DNA of 39,499 bases, taken from sequence record OQ031076, one strand, 5' to 3'. The notes under the pieces were generated by a model. That model saw only the letters and a list, made by a program, of their open reading frames with translations, was not told the DNA's origin and ran no database searches. Numbering within the stretch: position 1 is the stretch's first letter; the number at the start of each line of letters is the position of its first letter. This document shows, one piece after another, positions 28,949-39,394 of the stretch. A program made the position numbers and the translations under genes. The DNA is from Shigella phage SFP20.

Positions 28949-29161
28949 ATGATTAAGTTTATCGAATTTCTGGGTCGTCTGGTCGTGCGTGGTTATTCTC
29001 GTGCTGCGAGTGTGGAACGAAAAGTCGCATCTGCTGCGGGTAAAGGCGCGGAAGCGGCTGCTGCGGAAGCGGACAGTCTTCGCATCAAGTCTCTGGACGC
29101 TGGCCTCCGCGCTCGTGGTCTGGACAAGAAGGCTGAACAACTGAAGGCTTTCTTCAGCTAA
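28949..29161 (+). CDS. hypothetical protein (gene 3.8 position), Ala-rich
   Basis: 70 aa ORF with RBS AAGGAGA. Confidence 0.5.
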   Translation: MIKFIEFLGRLVVRGYSRAASVERKVASAAGKGAEAAAAEADSLRIKSLDAGLRARGLDKKAEQLKAFFS

Positions 29162-29164
29162 TCT

Positions 29165-29187
29165 TTTAAACACTCACTAAAGGGAGA
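29165..29187 (+). promoter_or_regulatory. phage RNAP promoter, T3-like variant TTTAAACACTCACTAAAGGGAGA
   Basis: Only copy with CACTAAAGGGAGA (T3-type -3..+6) and ACACT at -12..-8. Confidence 0.7.
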
Positions 29188-29233
29188 GGACTTCGGTCTT
29201 TTCCCTTTTGTCGCATTATTGATTAAGGAGTGA

Positions 29234-30940
<1,707 letters not shown>

Positions 30941-30999
30941 TCCTCAATACTTCTGGATTGACGAGTGGGAAGAACTTAATGAACAAGACCGGAGGAACA

Positions 31000-31530
31000 A
31001 TGCGAAACTTAATCAGCGGTAAGACCCTCAGTGAGTTCCAGAACCAGCTTGGCCCGAAGGAGGGCCTTAACGTCTTCACGACACGCTGCACTGGCAGGAC
31101 CAAGAGTCGCGCCTTACTGTTCATCTCCACGGTTATGGTCCAAGGGTCTATGGACATCGGGCCTCTCCGTGGCAACCTCGGTGATGATGAGGTCAATTAC
31201 ACCAAGATGGAAATCATCAAGTCCCTAGACCAGATGCAGCTCGTAGGCTTCTCGTGGTCCGGTGACGTTCTGTCCTACTACCCGTTTGAGGAGTATCAAG
31301 ATGTTAAAGAGGTTGTGCGAGAAGTTAAAGTCGAAGTATCACCTTTCGCTGGCGAAGTGGTATCACCACGAAGCTACCGTGTTGTCGAACATTCTGAAGG
31401 ACCAGCGGTTCCAGTCGATAGCTTGGAACAAAGCTACCCAGAAGTGCGCGTATCATCTGGCGAGAGTGCTGTAGTCCCGATGGAGGTCATTGAACCTCTG
31501 GTCCCGGACATGACGCCTCCCAAGCAATAA
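31000..31530 (+). CDS. hypothetical protein (gene 4.3-4.7 region)
   Basis: 176 aa from the ATG at 31000 behind RBS GGAGG, within the track ORF 30919..31530; this frame has the G-rich first codon positions typical of the other genes here. Confidence 0.45.
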   Translation: MRNLISGKTLSEFQNQLGPKEGLNVFTTRCTGRTKSRALLFISTVMVQGSMDIGPLRGNLGDDEVNYTKMEIIKSLDQMQLVGFSWSGDVLSYYPFEEYQDVKEVVREVKVEVSPFAGEVVSPRSYRVVEHSEGPAVPVDSLEQSYPEVRVSSGESAVVPMEVIEPLVPDMTPPKQ

Positions 31531-31548
31531 GCCCTCACTGTAGGATAG
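31526..31548 (+). promoter_or_regulatory. phage RNAP promoter variant, AATAAGCCCTCACTGTAGGATAG
   Basis: Family match with TGTA in place of TATA. Confidence 0.65.
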
Positions 31549-31588
31549 ACTCAAGGCCATTCACATCGAGTGGTCTTTATGATTAGAC
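31548..31588 (+). promoter_or_regulatory. putative RNase III stem-loop upstream of gene 5
   Basis: GACTCAAGGCCATTCACATCGAGTGGTCTTTATGATTAGAC; same flank motifs as the other candidate sites. Confidence 0.5.
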
Positions 31589-31603
31589 TATAGGAGATTA
31601 ACC

Positions 31604-33775
31604 ATGATTGACTTACAGAACATCTGGGGTTCGGACATTGAGACTAACGGTCTCCTTGACACCGTGTCTCAGTTCCACTGTGGGGTCCTGATTAACGCCG
31701 AGTCGAACGAGACCCTGAAGTACGGGGTGGTGCCGATGGTCGGTATCGTCGGTGGCTTTAAGGAGTATGTGGAGAAGGTTGAGCAGATTGCAGCAACTCC
31801 ACATGGACTGCTGGTCTTCCACAACGGTATTAATTATGACGTTCCAGCGATTGACATCCTGAAGCGTAAATACTTTGGCAAGCGCTTCAACTTTCCGAAA
31901 CAGAAGATGATAGACACGCTGGTCATGGGCCGACTGATGTACCCGAACATTAAGTTCTCGGACATTGGGGCTGTGAAAGCTGGGCGTCTGCCGCCTAAGA
32001 TGATGGGCCGCCAGTCGCTTGAAGCGTGGGGCTATCGTCTCGGTGAGATGAAGGGTGAGTACAAGACCGATTACATTGCCAAGTGCAAGGCTGAAGGTAT
32101 CGACTATAAGGCCGGGGACGAATGGTTGTTCCCTAGCCAAGAGATGCTGGACTATAACGTCCAAGACGTTGTGGTCACACTGGCCCTGTTCAAGAAGTTC
32201 CTGACCGACCAGTTCTACTTTGGGTCTCCTGAAGCAGGACTTGAGGCTGTGTACGCATTGCGTCTCGAACATGATGCTGCATGGACCTGTACGAAGATGG
32301 AGCGCAACGGCTACCCGATGAACTCGGAGATAGTCGAAGGCTTGTATCGTGATCTGTCTGTCAAACGTGCTGAGCTTCTGGATAAGCTGCGGTCGACGTT
32401 CGGTAGTTGGTATTCACCTAAGGGTGGCAAAGAGTTCTTCAAGCACCCACGAACCGGGGCAGACCTGCCGAAATACCCGCGAGTCATCTACCCAAAGGTA
32501 GGGGCAATCTTCAAGAAGCCGAAGAACAAAGCTCAGCGCTTAGGTCTGGAGCCTTGCGAACGAGACTCACGAGATACGATGGAAGGCGCACCGTTCACAC
32601 CGATTACCTTCGTTGAGTTCAATCCGGGGAGTGGCGACCACTTAGCTAAGGTTCTGATGGACCGTGGCTGGGAGCCTACTGAGTTCACGGATACAGGGAA
32701 GCCTAAGTGTGATGACGAAACTCTTGAGCACGTTAAGCTTGCAGACCCTGAGGCACAGGCTTGCGTAGAGCTGGTCCGTGAGTATCTGGTGGTCCAGAAG
32801 CGCATCGGTCAGGCGGCTGAAGGTAAGAACGCATGGCTGCGACTTGTGGGTCCTGACGGAAGGATGCACGGGTCGATTAACCCATGTGGTGCTGTAACCG
32901 GACGTGCGACTCACAGTTCACCGAACATGGCTCAGGTCCCGGCTAACGGTGCTCCTTGGGGTGAAATATGCCGAAGTGCTTTCGGTGCTCAGTGGAACAA
33001 GAACAATGGCAAGCCAGACCCGTGGATTCAAGTTGGGGTCGATGCCTCAGGCCTTGAACTCCGTTGTCTGGGGAACCGTGCGTCCCCGTTCGATGGTGGT
33101 GAATATGCGAAGACTGTGGTCGAGGGGGACATCCACTGGGCTAATGCGGTCAACGCCGGGTTAGCACCTAACGTCCCACGCGACAAGTCTAACCACGACC
33201 ACGATGCTTTCCGTAACAACGCCAAGACGTTCATCTATGCGTTCCTGTATGGTGCAGGGGCCGCGAAGATTGGACTGATAGTTGGCGGTGGTAAGAAAGA
33301 AGGTTCCGCCCTGATGAAGAAATTCATTGAGGGTACACCAGCTATCAAGGACCTGCGAGAGGCGGTGCAAAACACGCTCATCTCCGAGTCCAAGTGGGTA
33401 GACGGTGAGAACATCGTGAAGTGGAAACGTCGCTGGCTGAAGGGTCTGGACGGTCGACGCATTCACATCCGGTCTCCGCACTCAGCACTTAACGCCTTAC
33501 TTCAGGGCGATGGTGCGGTAGTATGTAAGCACTGGATTGTCGAGACTGAACGTATGCTCGAAGAGGCCGGGTATGTCCACGGCTGGGAAGGAGACTTTGC
33601 GTACATGGCATGGGTCCACGACGAATTGCAGATTGCGTGTCGTACTCAGGAGATTGCCGAAGAAGTAGTCAAGATTGCTCAACTTGCTATGCGCAAGGTG
33701 GGTGAGTTCTATAACTTTAAATGTGTCCTTGATACCGAAGGTAAGATTGGACCAACGTGGAAGGAGTGTCACTAA
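31604..33775 (+). CDS. 5: DNA polymerase (gene 5)
   Basis: 723 aa; T7 gp5 motifs: FHCGV, VFHNG..YDVPA, EAWGYRLGEMKGEYK, DYNVQDVVVT, HPRTG..LPKYPR, GGIFKKPKNKAQR, QKRIGQ.AEG, GRATH, GIDASGLELRC, NAKTFIY.FLYGAG, WKRRW.KGLDGR..H.RSPHAALN.LLQ, AYMAWVHDE.Q, LDTEGK.GP.W. Confidence 0.98.
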   Translation: MIDLQNIWGSDIETNGLLDTVSQFHCGVLINAESNETLKYGVVPMVGIVGGFKEYVEKVEQIAATPHGLLVFHNGINYDVPAIDILKRKYFGKRFNFPKQKMIDTLVMGRLMYPNIKFSDIGAVKAGRLPPKMMGRQSLEAWGYRLGEMKGEYKTDYIAKCKAEGIDYKAGDEWLFPSQEMLDYNVQDVVVTLALFKKFLTDQFYFGSPEAGLEAVYALRLEHDAAWTCTKMERNGYPMNSEIVEGLYRDLSVKRAELLDKLRSTFGSWYSPKGGKEFFKHPRTGADLPKYPRVIYPKVGAIFKKPKNKAQRLGLEPCERDSRDTMEGAPFTPITFVEFNPGSGDHLAKVLMDRGWEPTEFTDTGKPKCDDETLEHVKLADPEAQACVELVREYLVVQKRIGQAAEGKNAWLRLVGPDGRMHGSINPCGAVTGRATHSSPNMAQVPANGAPWGEICRSAFGAQWNKNNGKPDPWIQVGVDASGLELRCLGNRASPFDGGEYAKTVVEGDIHWANAVNAGLAPNVPRDKSNHDHDAFRNNAKTFIYAFLYGAGAAKIGLIVGGGKKEGSALMKKFIEGTPAIKDLREAVQNTLISESKWVDGENIVKWKRRWLKGLDGRRIHIRSPHSALNALLQGDGAVVCKHWIVETERMLEEAGYVHGWEGDFAYMAWVHDELQIACRTQEIAEEVVKIAQLAMRKVGEFYNFKCVLDTEGKIGPTWKECH

Positions 33776-34059
33776 TGGCTATTACTAAACGTATTCGCGT
33801 GAGTTTTGACCTGAAGATGGTTGTTAGCTCAAAGGAAGAAGAGACAATGTGTCGTCAGCTTGCTGAGATGACTAAAGCCTATGCTGAGGGCGAGAAGCTG
33901 GATGGACTTCAGTTGGCTCTGGTCAAAACAGCAATCGAGTCAGGTCCTGAGTCTGCCCTTGAAATTGCCGTCAAGAAGACCATCAAGGAGGAGCTGGTAG
34001 ACGCCTTTGGTGATGACCAGTTCGGAGTATCCAACCTGCGATTCGAGGTCAAGCAATGA
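33775..34059 (+). CDS. 5.5: gene 5.5 protein (H-NS-binding protein in T7)
   Basis: 94 aa; MAITKRIRVSFDL vs T7 gp5.5 MAMTKKFKVSFDV; TAATG overlap with the gene 5 stop. Confidence 0.7.
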   Translation: MAITKRIRVSFDLKMVVSSKEEETMCRQLAEMTKAYAEGEKLDGLQLALVKTAIESGPESALEIAVKKTIKEELVDAFGDDQFGVSNLRFEVKQ

Positions 34060-34265
34060 GTGAATACTTACGGGTCCTTGCGGCCCTTAAGTCCTGCCCG
34101 AAGACCTTCCAGTCCAACTATGTGCGCAACAACGCTGCACTTGTGGCTGAGGCTGCGAGTCGTGGACATCTAAGCTGCCTGTCTATGGATGGGCGTAACA
34201 ACGGTGCGTGGGAGATTACCGCTGCTGGCACCAAGTTCCTGAACCAACACGGAGGCTGTCTATGA
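34056..34265 (+). CDS. 5.7: gene 5.7 protein
   Basis: 69 aa; near-identical to T7 gp5.7 (LKSCPKTFQSNYVRNNA.LVAEAASRGH.SCLS, GAWEITA.GT.FL, GGC). Confidence 0.9.
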   Translation: MSEYLRVLAALKSCPKTFQSNYVRNNAALVAEAASRGHLSCLSMDGRNNGAWEITAAGTKFLNQHGGCL

Positions 34266-34594
34266 GCTTACTAGAAACTTTACAATCCCTGCTGCGTGAG
34301 AACCCTTGGTCAGACGAGCTGCCAGACGAGTGGGAAATCCTTGAGGATGGAGACTGGTGTGACAACCATAAGTCCGAGGCCAAAGAGGACATCGTTAAGC
34401 ACCTGCCTTCAGGTAAAATCTTCCGCGTGTCTCTGGGTCGAACTGGGGACTACTGGCAGGGCTACGAGACTGAGTTCTATGATGCTGAAGAGGTTGAACC
34501 TTATGAAGCGGTCGTGGTTCTATACCGTCCTGTGAAACTTCTGGATGTCACTGTCCCGGCAATGAGTAAAGCCAAGGCGGTGAGCAATGAGTGA
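34262..34594 (+). CDS. hypothetical acidic protein (gene 5.9 position)
   Basis: 110 aa from the ATG at 34262 within the track ORF 34208..34594; acidic and Trp-containing (ELPDEWEILEDGDWCD). Confidence 0.5.
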   Translation: MSLLETLQSLLRENPWSDELPDEWEILEDGDWCDNHKSEAKEDIVKHLPSGKIFRVSLGRTGDYWQGYETEFYDAEEVEPYEAVVVLYRPVKLLDVTVPAMSKAKAVSNE

Positions 34595-35453
34595 GAAGAA
34601 GATAGCTCTGGTTCTGGATGGTGACTATCTGGTCTTCTCTTCTATGGCTGCTGCCGAGGACGAGACAGACTGGGGCGATGACATCTGGACACTTATCTGC
34701 GACCATGAGAAGGCTCGTCGTATCCTTGAGAACACCATCGCTGAAATCGTTAAGAAGCGCAAGGCGTGGAAAGACGCTAAGATTGTGATGTGCTTCACCG
34801 ATGACGATAACTGGCGTAAGGGTGTTCTGCCTACCTATAAGGCCAACCGTAAAGGTTCTCGCAAGCCTGTCGGTTACAAGAAGTTCGTAGCCGAAGTGAT
34901 GGCTGACCCACGGTTCAACAGCTTCCTGCGTCCTACTCTTGAGGGTGACGACTGTATGGGTATCATCGGGACCCGACCTCAGATTGTCGGATGTGACCAT
35001 GCGGTGCTGGTGTCCTGTGATAAGGACTTCAAGACCATCCCGAACTGTGAGTTCTTCTGGTTAACCACTGGTGAAGTCCTGAGCCACACGACTGCTGAGG
35101 CAGACTACTGGCACATGGAGCAGACCATCAAGGGTGACATGACCGATGGCTACGGTGGCATTCCGGGGATGGGCGAGGACACTACCCGTGCGTTCCTTGA
35201 CGAGCCGTACTACTTCGTGCAGGAGACCCGTGAGCTGAAGACTGGCAAGAACAAAGGGCAGCTTAAGGTCGAGTGGAAGAAGTATCCGAAGCGCGAGGAC
35301 CAGACGTTGTGGGACTGCATGGTTACACTGGCTGCTAAAGCTGGTATGACCGAGGAGGAGCTGCTGGTCCAAGCACGAGTGGCTCGCATCTGCCGGGCGA
35401 CCGACTTCGACTTCAAGCAGAAGGAGGTCATTCTGTGGACTCCCTGCATCTAG
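34587..35453 (+). CDS. 6: 5'-3' exonuclease (gene 6)
   Basis: 288 aa; DGDWLVF/DGDYLVFSSMAA, YKANRK, KPVGY, LEGDD.MG, CDKDFKTIPNC.F, IKGD.TDGY.GI.G, LWDC, GMTEE match T7 gp6. Confidence 0.95.
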   Translation: MSEKKIALVLDGDYLVFSSMAAAEDETDWGDDIWTLICDHEKARRILENTIAEIVKKRKAWKDAKIVMCFTDDDNWRKGVLPTYKANRKGSRKPVGYKKFVAEVMADPRFNSFLRPTLEGDDCMGIIGTRPQIVGCDHAVLVSCDKDFKTIPNCEFFWLTTGEVLSHTTAEADYWHMEQTIKGDMTDGYGGIPGMGEDTTRAFLDEPYYFVQETRELKTGKNKGQLKVEWKKYPKREDQTLWDCMVTLAAKAGMTEEELLVQARVARICRATDFDFKQKEVILWTPCI

Positions 35454-35574
35454 TCTACTGGGCTGGCCTGCTGGTCCTGTACTTTATGTACACAATCAGT
35501 GGGTCCAATCGGCCTAAGCATTAAGCCTAACCGATAGTCTTATCCTATCAATGGTCCATTACCCATAGGGAAAT

Positions 35575-35597
35575 AATAAACCCTCACTATAGGGATT
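35575..35597 (+). promoter_or_regulatory. phage RNAP promoter (phi6.5 position), AATAAACCCTCACTATAGGGATT
   Basis: Family match; followed by an inverted repeat TAAGACT ... AGTCTTA (about 35611-35640). Confidence 0.8.
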
Positions 35598-35660
35598 TTG
35601 GACCAAAGATAAGACTATAAGATAGACTTAAGTCTTAACTTAAAGAGAGGAGACGTAACG

Positions 35661-35933
35661 ATGGCAATCAAAGTCATTGATGATACAATCAATCAACTCG
35701 TTGAAGAACGACTCAAGGTCCCTGCCTTCTCCGAGTCAGCCGTTCAGTTCCTGCACATCCTGTTCAACGCAAGCTATGCGTCCAAGCTGGGTGTCATCAA
35801 CGACCTGAAGGTTGCTGGCTACAGTGAAGGATATATCGCAGGCTTTATCGGTGGTCTTCAGTATTGTTCAGACACTCTGGACTCTGCGGTAGCTAAACGT
35901 CAAAGCCTGAAGGACAACGTACAGTTCGACTAA
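35661..35933 (+). CDS. 6.5: gene 6.5 protein (hypothetical)
   Basis: 90 aa ORF with RBS GAGAGGAG; assigned by position. Confidence 0.6.
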   Translation: MAIKVIDDTINQLVEERLKVPAFSESAVQFLHILFNASYASKLGVINDLKVAGYSEGYIAGFIGGLQYCSDTLDSAVAKRQSLKDNVQFD

Positions 35934-35944
35934 CAGGAGGGACT

Positions 35945-36169
35945 ATGTGCTTCAGCCCTAAGATTAGCACTCCCAAGCCTAAGCCTAATGCACCTGAACC
36001 TGCGCCTCTGAGTGAGGACGTAGCCAGCGTGGACATCGGGGCTGAGGATGGAGCGGACACCAAGGAGACCAAAGGTATTTCAGACCTTAAGGTCAAGCGG
36101 GAGTCCTCACCGAAAGATAAATCGTCAGTGAGCCGCGCTATGCGAGCCTCTGGCGTCAACATGGGGTAA
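35945..36169 (+). CDS. 6.7: gene 6.7 virion protein
   Basis: 74 aa; MCFSPKI.TPK ... EPAPL ... LKV.R matches the T7 gp6.7 N-terminus; RBS ACAGGAGGG. Confidence 0.8.
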   Translation: MCFSPKISTPKPKPNAPEPAPLSEDVASVDIGAEDGADTKETKGISDLKVKRESSPKDKSSVSRAMRASGVNMG

Positions 36170-36173
36170 GACT

Positions 36174-36575
36174 ATGCTTCATTACCGAAACTCAAGCGAT
36201 GGTCGCCGCATGGCTGCTGAGCGCCTCTGGGAAGACGGACAGTCTGACTTCGCCTCGTTCTCTGACTTTAAGCAGCATACCTTCCGTATGGCTGATGAGT
36301 TAGAAGGAGAGGAGTATACAATCTACGATGATGAGCTAAAGCCTGTGGCCTACCTCTACATGCTGGCTTCATCGTCTTGGCACCGAAAGACTCCCGGTCT
36401 TGACCTTTCCATTCTCGCTATCCGTAGTGACTCGCAGTCCTCCCGCAAGGTTCTTGAGACTGTCAGCCACATTATTGACGGAGAGTGTAGACGATGGGGT
36501 CTGAACTGGTGGTCCCGTGTCAAGCACAATGGGCCAGTAGACATCGTTCTAACCAAGGAGATAAACCGTGGGTAA
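36174..36575 (+). CDS. 7: gene 7 protein (hypothetical; gene 7 position)
   Basis: 133 aa, same length as T7 gp7; assigned by synteny. Confidence 0.6.
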   Translation: MLHYRNSSDGRRMAAERLWEDGQSDFASFSDFKQHTFRMADELEGEEYTIYDDELKPVAYLYMLASSSWHRKTPGLDLSILAIRSDSQSSRKVLETVSHIIDGECRRWGLNWWSRVKHNGPVDIVLTKEINRG

Positions 36576-36819
36576 ATCTATTAGCAAGGCATTCAAGAAA
36601 GTGGTGGGTGGTGCCCTGAATACTGTGGGTCTGGGACCTTCAGCTCCTCAGCCGAAAGCTCAGGAACAGCAGGTCGCTGCTGCGCCAGTTGACGTCCCTC
36701 AGGACCAAGTGACTGACGTCGAGACCGATGTGACCGAGACCGATAAGAAGAAGGTCAAGGCGACTGGTAAGCGTGGACTTCAGGTCTCTCGTACCTCTGG
36801 TGGCGGTATCTCAATCTAA
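36568..36819 (+). CDS. 7.3: gene 7.3 tail/virion protein, apparent GTG start
   Basis: 83 aa; MGK ... C-terminal SRTSGGGISI vs T7 gp7.3 ARSSGGGINI; RBS AAGGAGA before the GTG at 36568. Confidence 0.75.
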   Translation: MGKSISKAFKKVVGGALNTVGLGPSAPQPKAQEQQVAAAPVDVPQDQVTDVETDVTETDKKKVKATGKRGLQVSRTSGGGISI

Positions 36820-36831
36820 CGGAGGTGACTA

Positions 36832-38400
36832 ATGGCTGAACGTGAAGGCTTCGCTGCTGAAGGAGCCAAGGCGGTCTATGACCGACTGAAGAACGGTCGC
36901 CAGCCGTATGAGACCCGTGCTCAGAACTGCGCTGCTGTCACCATCCCGTCACTGTTCCCGAAAGAGTCTGACAACTCCTCAACCGAGTATACGACTCCGT
37001 GGCAGGCTGTTGGTGCTCGCTGCCTGAACAACCTCGCTGCTAAACTGATGCTGGCCCTGTTCCCTCAAGCCCCGTGGATGAGACTCACCGTCTCTGAATA
37101 CGAGGCCAAGACCCTGAGTCAAGACTCTGAGGCCGCTGCTCGTGTGGATGAGGGGCTGGCTATGGTCGAGCGTGTTCTGATGGCCTACATGGAGACTAAC
37201 AGTTTCCGTGTCCCACTGTTCGAGGCTCTGAAGCAACTTATCGTCTCAGGCAACTGTCTGCTGTACATTCCTGAACCTGAGCAGGGGACCTACAGTCCTA
37301 TGCGCATGTATCGTCTGGTCTCATATGTGGTCCAGCGCGATGCGTTTGGTAACGTGCTACAGATTGTCACCCTCGACAAGGTTGCGTACAGCGCACTCCC
37401 GGAAGACGTTAAGTCACAGCTCAACGCTGATGACTACGAGCCGGACACTGAGCTGGAAGTTTACACGCACATCTATCGTCAGGACGACGAGTACCTGCGT
37501 TATGAGGAAGTGGAAGGAGTAGAGGTTAAGGGGACCGATGGTTCCTACCCGCTTACCGCCTGTCCTTACATCCCGGTACGAATGGTTCGACTGGACGGTG
37601 AAGACTATGGTCGTTCTTACTGCGAGGAGTATCTGGGCGACCTGAACTCGCTGGAGACGATTACAGAAGCTATCACCAAAATGGCTAAGGTAGCCTCCAA
37701 AGTGGTGGGTCTCGTTAACCCGAACGGCATCACGCAACCTCGACGTCTGAACAAGGCGGCTACAGGTGAGTTCGTGGCTGGTCGCGTAGAGGACATCAAC
37801 TTCCTGCAACTGACGAAAGGTCAGGACTTTACGATTGCCAAGTCGGTGGCTGATGCTATCGAGCAACGTTTAGGCTGGGCCTTCCTTCTTAATAGTGCTG
37901 TTCAGCGTAATGCCGAGCGAGTCACTGCCGAAGAGATTCGTTATGTTGCTGGCGAACTGGAGGCGACCTTAGGTGGCGTGTATTCCGTGCAGTCTCAGGA
38001 GATGCAGTTACCTCTGGTCCGTGTGCTGCTGAACCAGCTTCAGTCTGCTGGCATGATTCCTGACCTTCCGAAAGAAGCAGTAGAGCCTACGGTCTCCACT
38101 GGTCTGGAAGCTCTGGGTCGTGGTCAGGACTTGGAGAAGCTGACTCAGGCGGTTAACATGATGACTGGACTTCAGCCTCTGGCTCAGGACCCGGACATCA
38201 ACTTACCGACCCTTAAGTTGCGACTCCTTAACGCTCTGGGCATCGACACCGCTGGTCTGCTCCTGACGCAAGACGAGAAGATTCAGCGTATGGCTGAGCA
38301 GTCGTCTCAACAGGCAGTCGTACAAGGCGCTGGTGCTGCTGGTGCCAATATGGGCGCTGCTGTGGGTCAGGGCGCTGGCGAGGATATGGCTCAGGCTTAA
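36832..38400 (+). CDS. 8: portal / head-tail connector protein (gene 8)
   Basis: 522 aa; extensive identity to T7 gp8 (YETRAQNCA, TIPSLFPK, TPWQAVGAR.LNNLA.KLMLALFP, YVVQRDAFGNVLQ, LRYEEVEG, ACPYIP.RMVRLDGE.YGRSY.EEYLGDL.SLE, GLVNP.GITQPRRL.KA.TG.FV.GR.EDI.FLQL, ERVTAEEIRYVA.ELE.TLGGVYS, LPLVRVLL.QLQ, PKEAVEPT.STGLEA.GRGQDL.KL). Confidence 0.98.
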   Translation: MAEREGFAAEGAKAVYDRLKNGRQPYETRAQNCAAVTIPSLFPKESDNSSTEYTTPWQAVGARCLNNLAAKLMLALFPQAPWMRLTVSEYEAKTLSQDSEAAARVDEGLAMVERVLMAYMETNSFRVPLFEALKQLIVSGNCLLYIPEPEQGTYSPMRMYRLVSYVVQRDAFGNVLQIVTLDKVAYSALPEDVKSQLNADDYEPDTELEVYTHIYRQDDEYLRYEEVEGVEVKGTDGSYPLTACPYIPVRMVRLDGEDYGRSYCEEYLGDLNSLETITEAITKMAKVASKVVGLVNPNGITQPRRLNKAATGEFVAGRVEDINFLQLTKGQDFTIAKSVADAIEQRLGWAFLLNSAVQRNAERVTAEEIRYVAGELEATLGGVYSVQSQEMQLPLVRVLLNQLQSAGMIPDLPKEAVEPTVSTGLEALGRGQDLEKLTQAVNMMTGLQPLAQDPDINLPTLKLRLLNALGIDTAGLLLTQDEKIQRMAEQSSQQAVVQGAGAAGANMGAAVGQGAGEDMAQA

Positions 38401-38418
38401 ACCCTCACTATAGGAACA
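38396..38418 (+). promoter_or_regulatory. phage RNAP promoter (phi9 position), CTTAAACCCTCACTATAGGAACA
   Basis: Family match; transcript leader contains a 9-bp perfect inverted repeat GGAACAACG (38414-38422) / CGTTGTTCC (38452-38460). Confidence 0.8.
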
Positions 38419-38488
38419 ACGTCTGGTCTACAATTTGTAGGTTTCTAGTCCCGTTGTTCCTATCAACAACCATCAAAGGAGAGACTTA

Positions 38489-39373
38489 ATGTCCCAATCA
38501 GTTTATGCCGAGTTCGGCGTTAGTCCTAATGCAATCACTGGTTCCGTTGAGGACCTGAACGAACACCAACAGTCTATGCTGGAGAAGGACGTAGCTGTCC
38601 GTGATGGCGATGATGCCATTACCTTCAAGCAACTGGAAGCCGAGCAACAGGAAGAGGCGACCGAAGAAGGCGAGAACGTCGAAGAGGCTGAAGGCGAAGA
38701 AACCGAAGGCAACGACGATGAGTCCGATACCGAAGGCGATGACCAAGAGTTCGTTGAGCTGGGCGAAACCCCGAAAGAGCTGACCGAAAGTGTAGCCGCT
38801 CTTGACGAGAATGAAGCTGCGTTCGACGACATGGTGTCTGCTGCTGTAGAAGCTGGTAAGGTTACTGCTGATGACATAGCCACTATTAAGGCTGAATACG
38901 CATCTAAAGGTGAACTGTCCGAGGCATCCTACGCTAAGCTGGCTGAAGCTGGATACACCAAGCGTTTCGTCGATTCGTTCGTCCGTGGTCAGGAAGCTCT
39001 GGCTGAGCAGTATGCTGCGGGTGTGGTTCGCTACGCTGGTGGTGCTGAGCAGTTCAACCGCATCCTGTCTCACCTTGAGGCCAACGATAAGTCAACCAAG
39101 GAAGCCCTTGAGTCTGCAATCATCCGTAAGGACCTTGCGACCGCTAAGGCCATCCTGAATCTGGCTGGTCGTAACCTCGGCAAGACCCGTGGCGTTGCAC
39201 CTCAGCGCACCCTGACGACCCAAGGTAAGCCAGCAGTCGCTGCACCGAAGGTCCAGACCGAAGGCTTCAGCTCCAAGGCTGACATGATTAAGGCCATGAG
39301 CGACCCGCGCTATCTGCGTGATGCTGCTTACACCAACTCTGTCCGCACGAAGGTTGCTGCTTCCAACTTCTAA
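38489..39373 (+). CDS. 9: capsid assembly (scaffolding) protein (gene 9)
   Basis: 294 aa; RDGDDAI, acidic central region, SYAKLAE.GYTK.F.DS..RGQEAL.EQY, DLAT.KAI.NLAG, IKAMSDPRY, C-terminal SNF as in T7 gp9. Confidence 0.93.
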   Translation: MSQSVYAEFGVSPNAITGSVEDLNEHQQSMLEKDVAVRDGDDAITFKQLEAEQQEEATEEGENVEEAEGEETEGNDDESDTEGDDQEFVELGETPKELTESVAALDENEAAFDDMVSAAVEAGKVTADDIATIKAEYASKGELSEASYAKLAEAGYTKRFVDSFVRGQEALAEQYAAGVVRYAGGAEQFNRILSHLEANDKSTKEALESAIIRKDLATAKAILNLAGRNLGKTRGVAPQRTLTTQGKPAVAAPKVQTEGFSSKADMIKAMSDPRYLRDAAYTNSVRTKVAASNF

Positions 39374-39394
39374 TATACCCTCACTATAGGGAGA
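39372..39394 (+). promoter_or_regulatory. phage RNAP promoter phi10 (major capsid promoter), AATATACCCTCACTATAGGGAGA
   Basis: Best match to the T7/T3 class III consensus (GGGAGA at +1..+6); followed by a leader and RBS AGGAGA at 39486-39491 that serves the ATG at window position 1 once the window is circularised. Confidence 0.85.

Noticed and set aside
31301-31474. 57-70 aa ORF (MLKRLCEKLKSKYHLSLAKWYHH...) overlapping the 176-aa ORF between genes 4 and 5
   Set aside because: Uses rarer codons (TTA, AGG, TTG, TCG) and sits out of frame with the better-looking long ORF. Kept as a finding because the call is uncertain, but not listed as a feature.
38601-38783. Short ORFs within the acidic region of the scaffold gene (38601..38783 +, 38503..38883 -)
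   Set aside because: Low-complexity artefacts of the GAA/GAG-rich stretch encoding the acidic segment of gp9.
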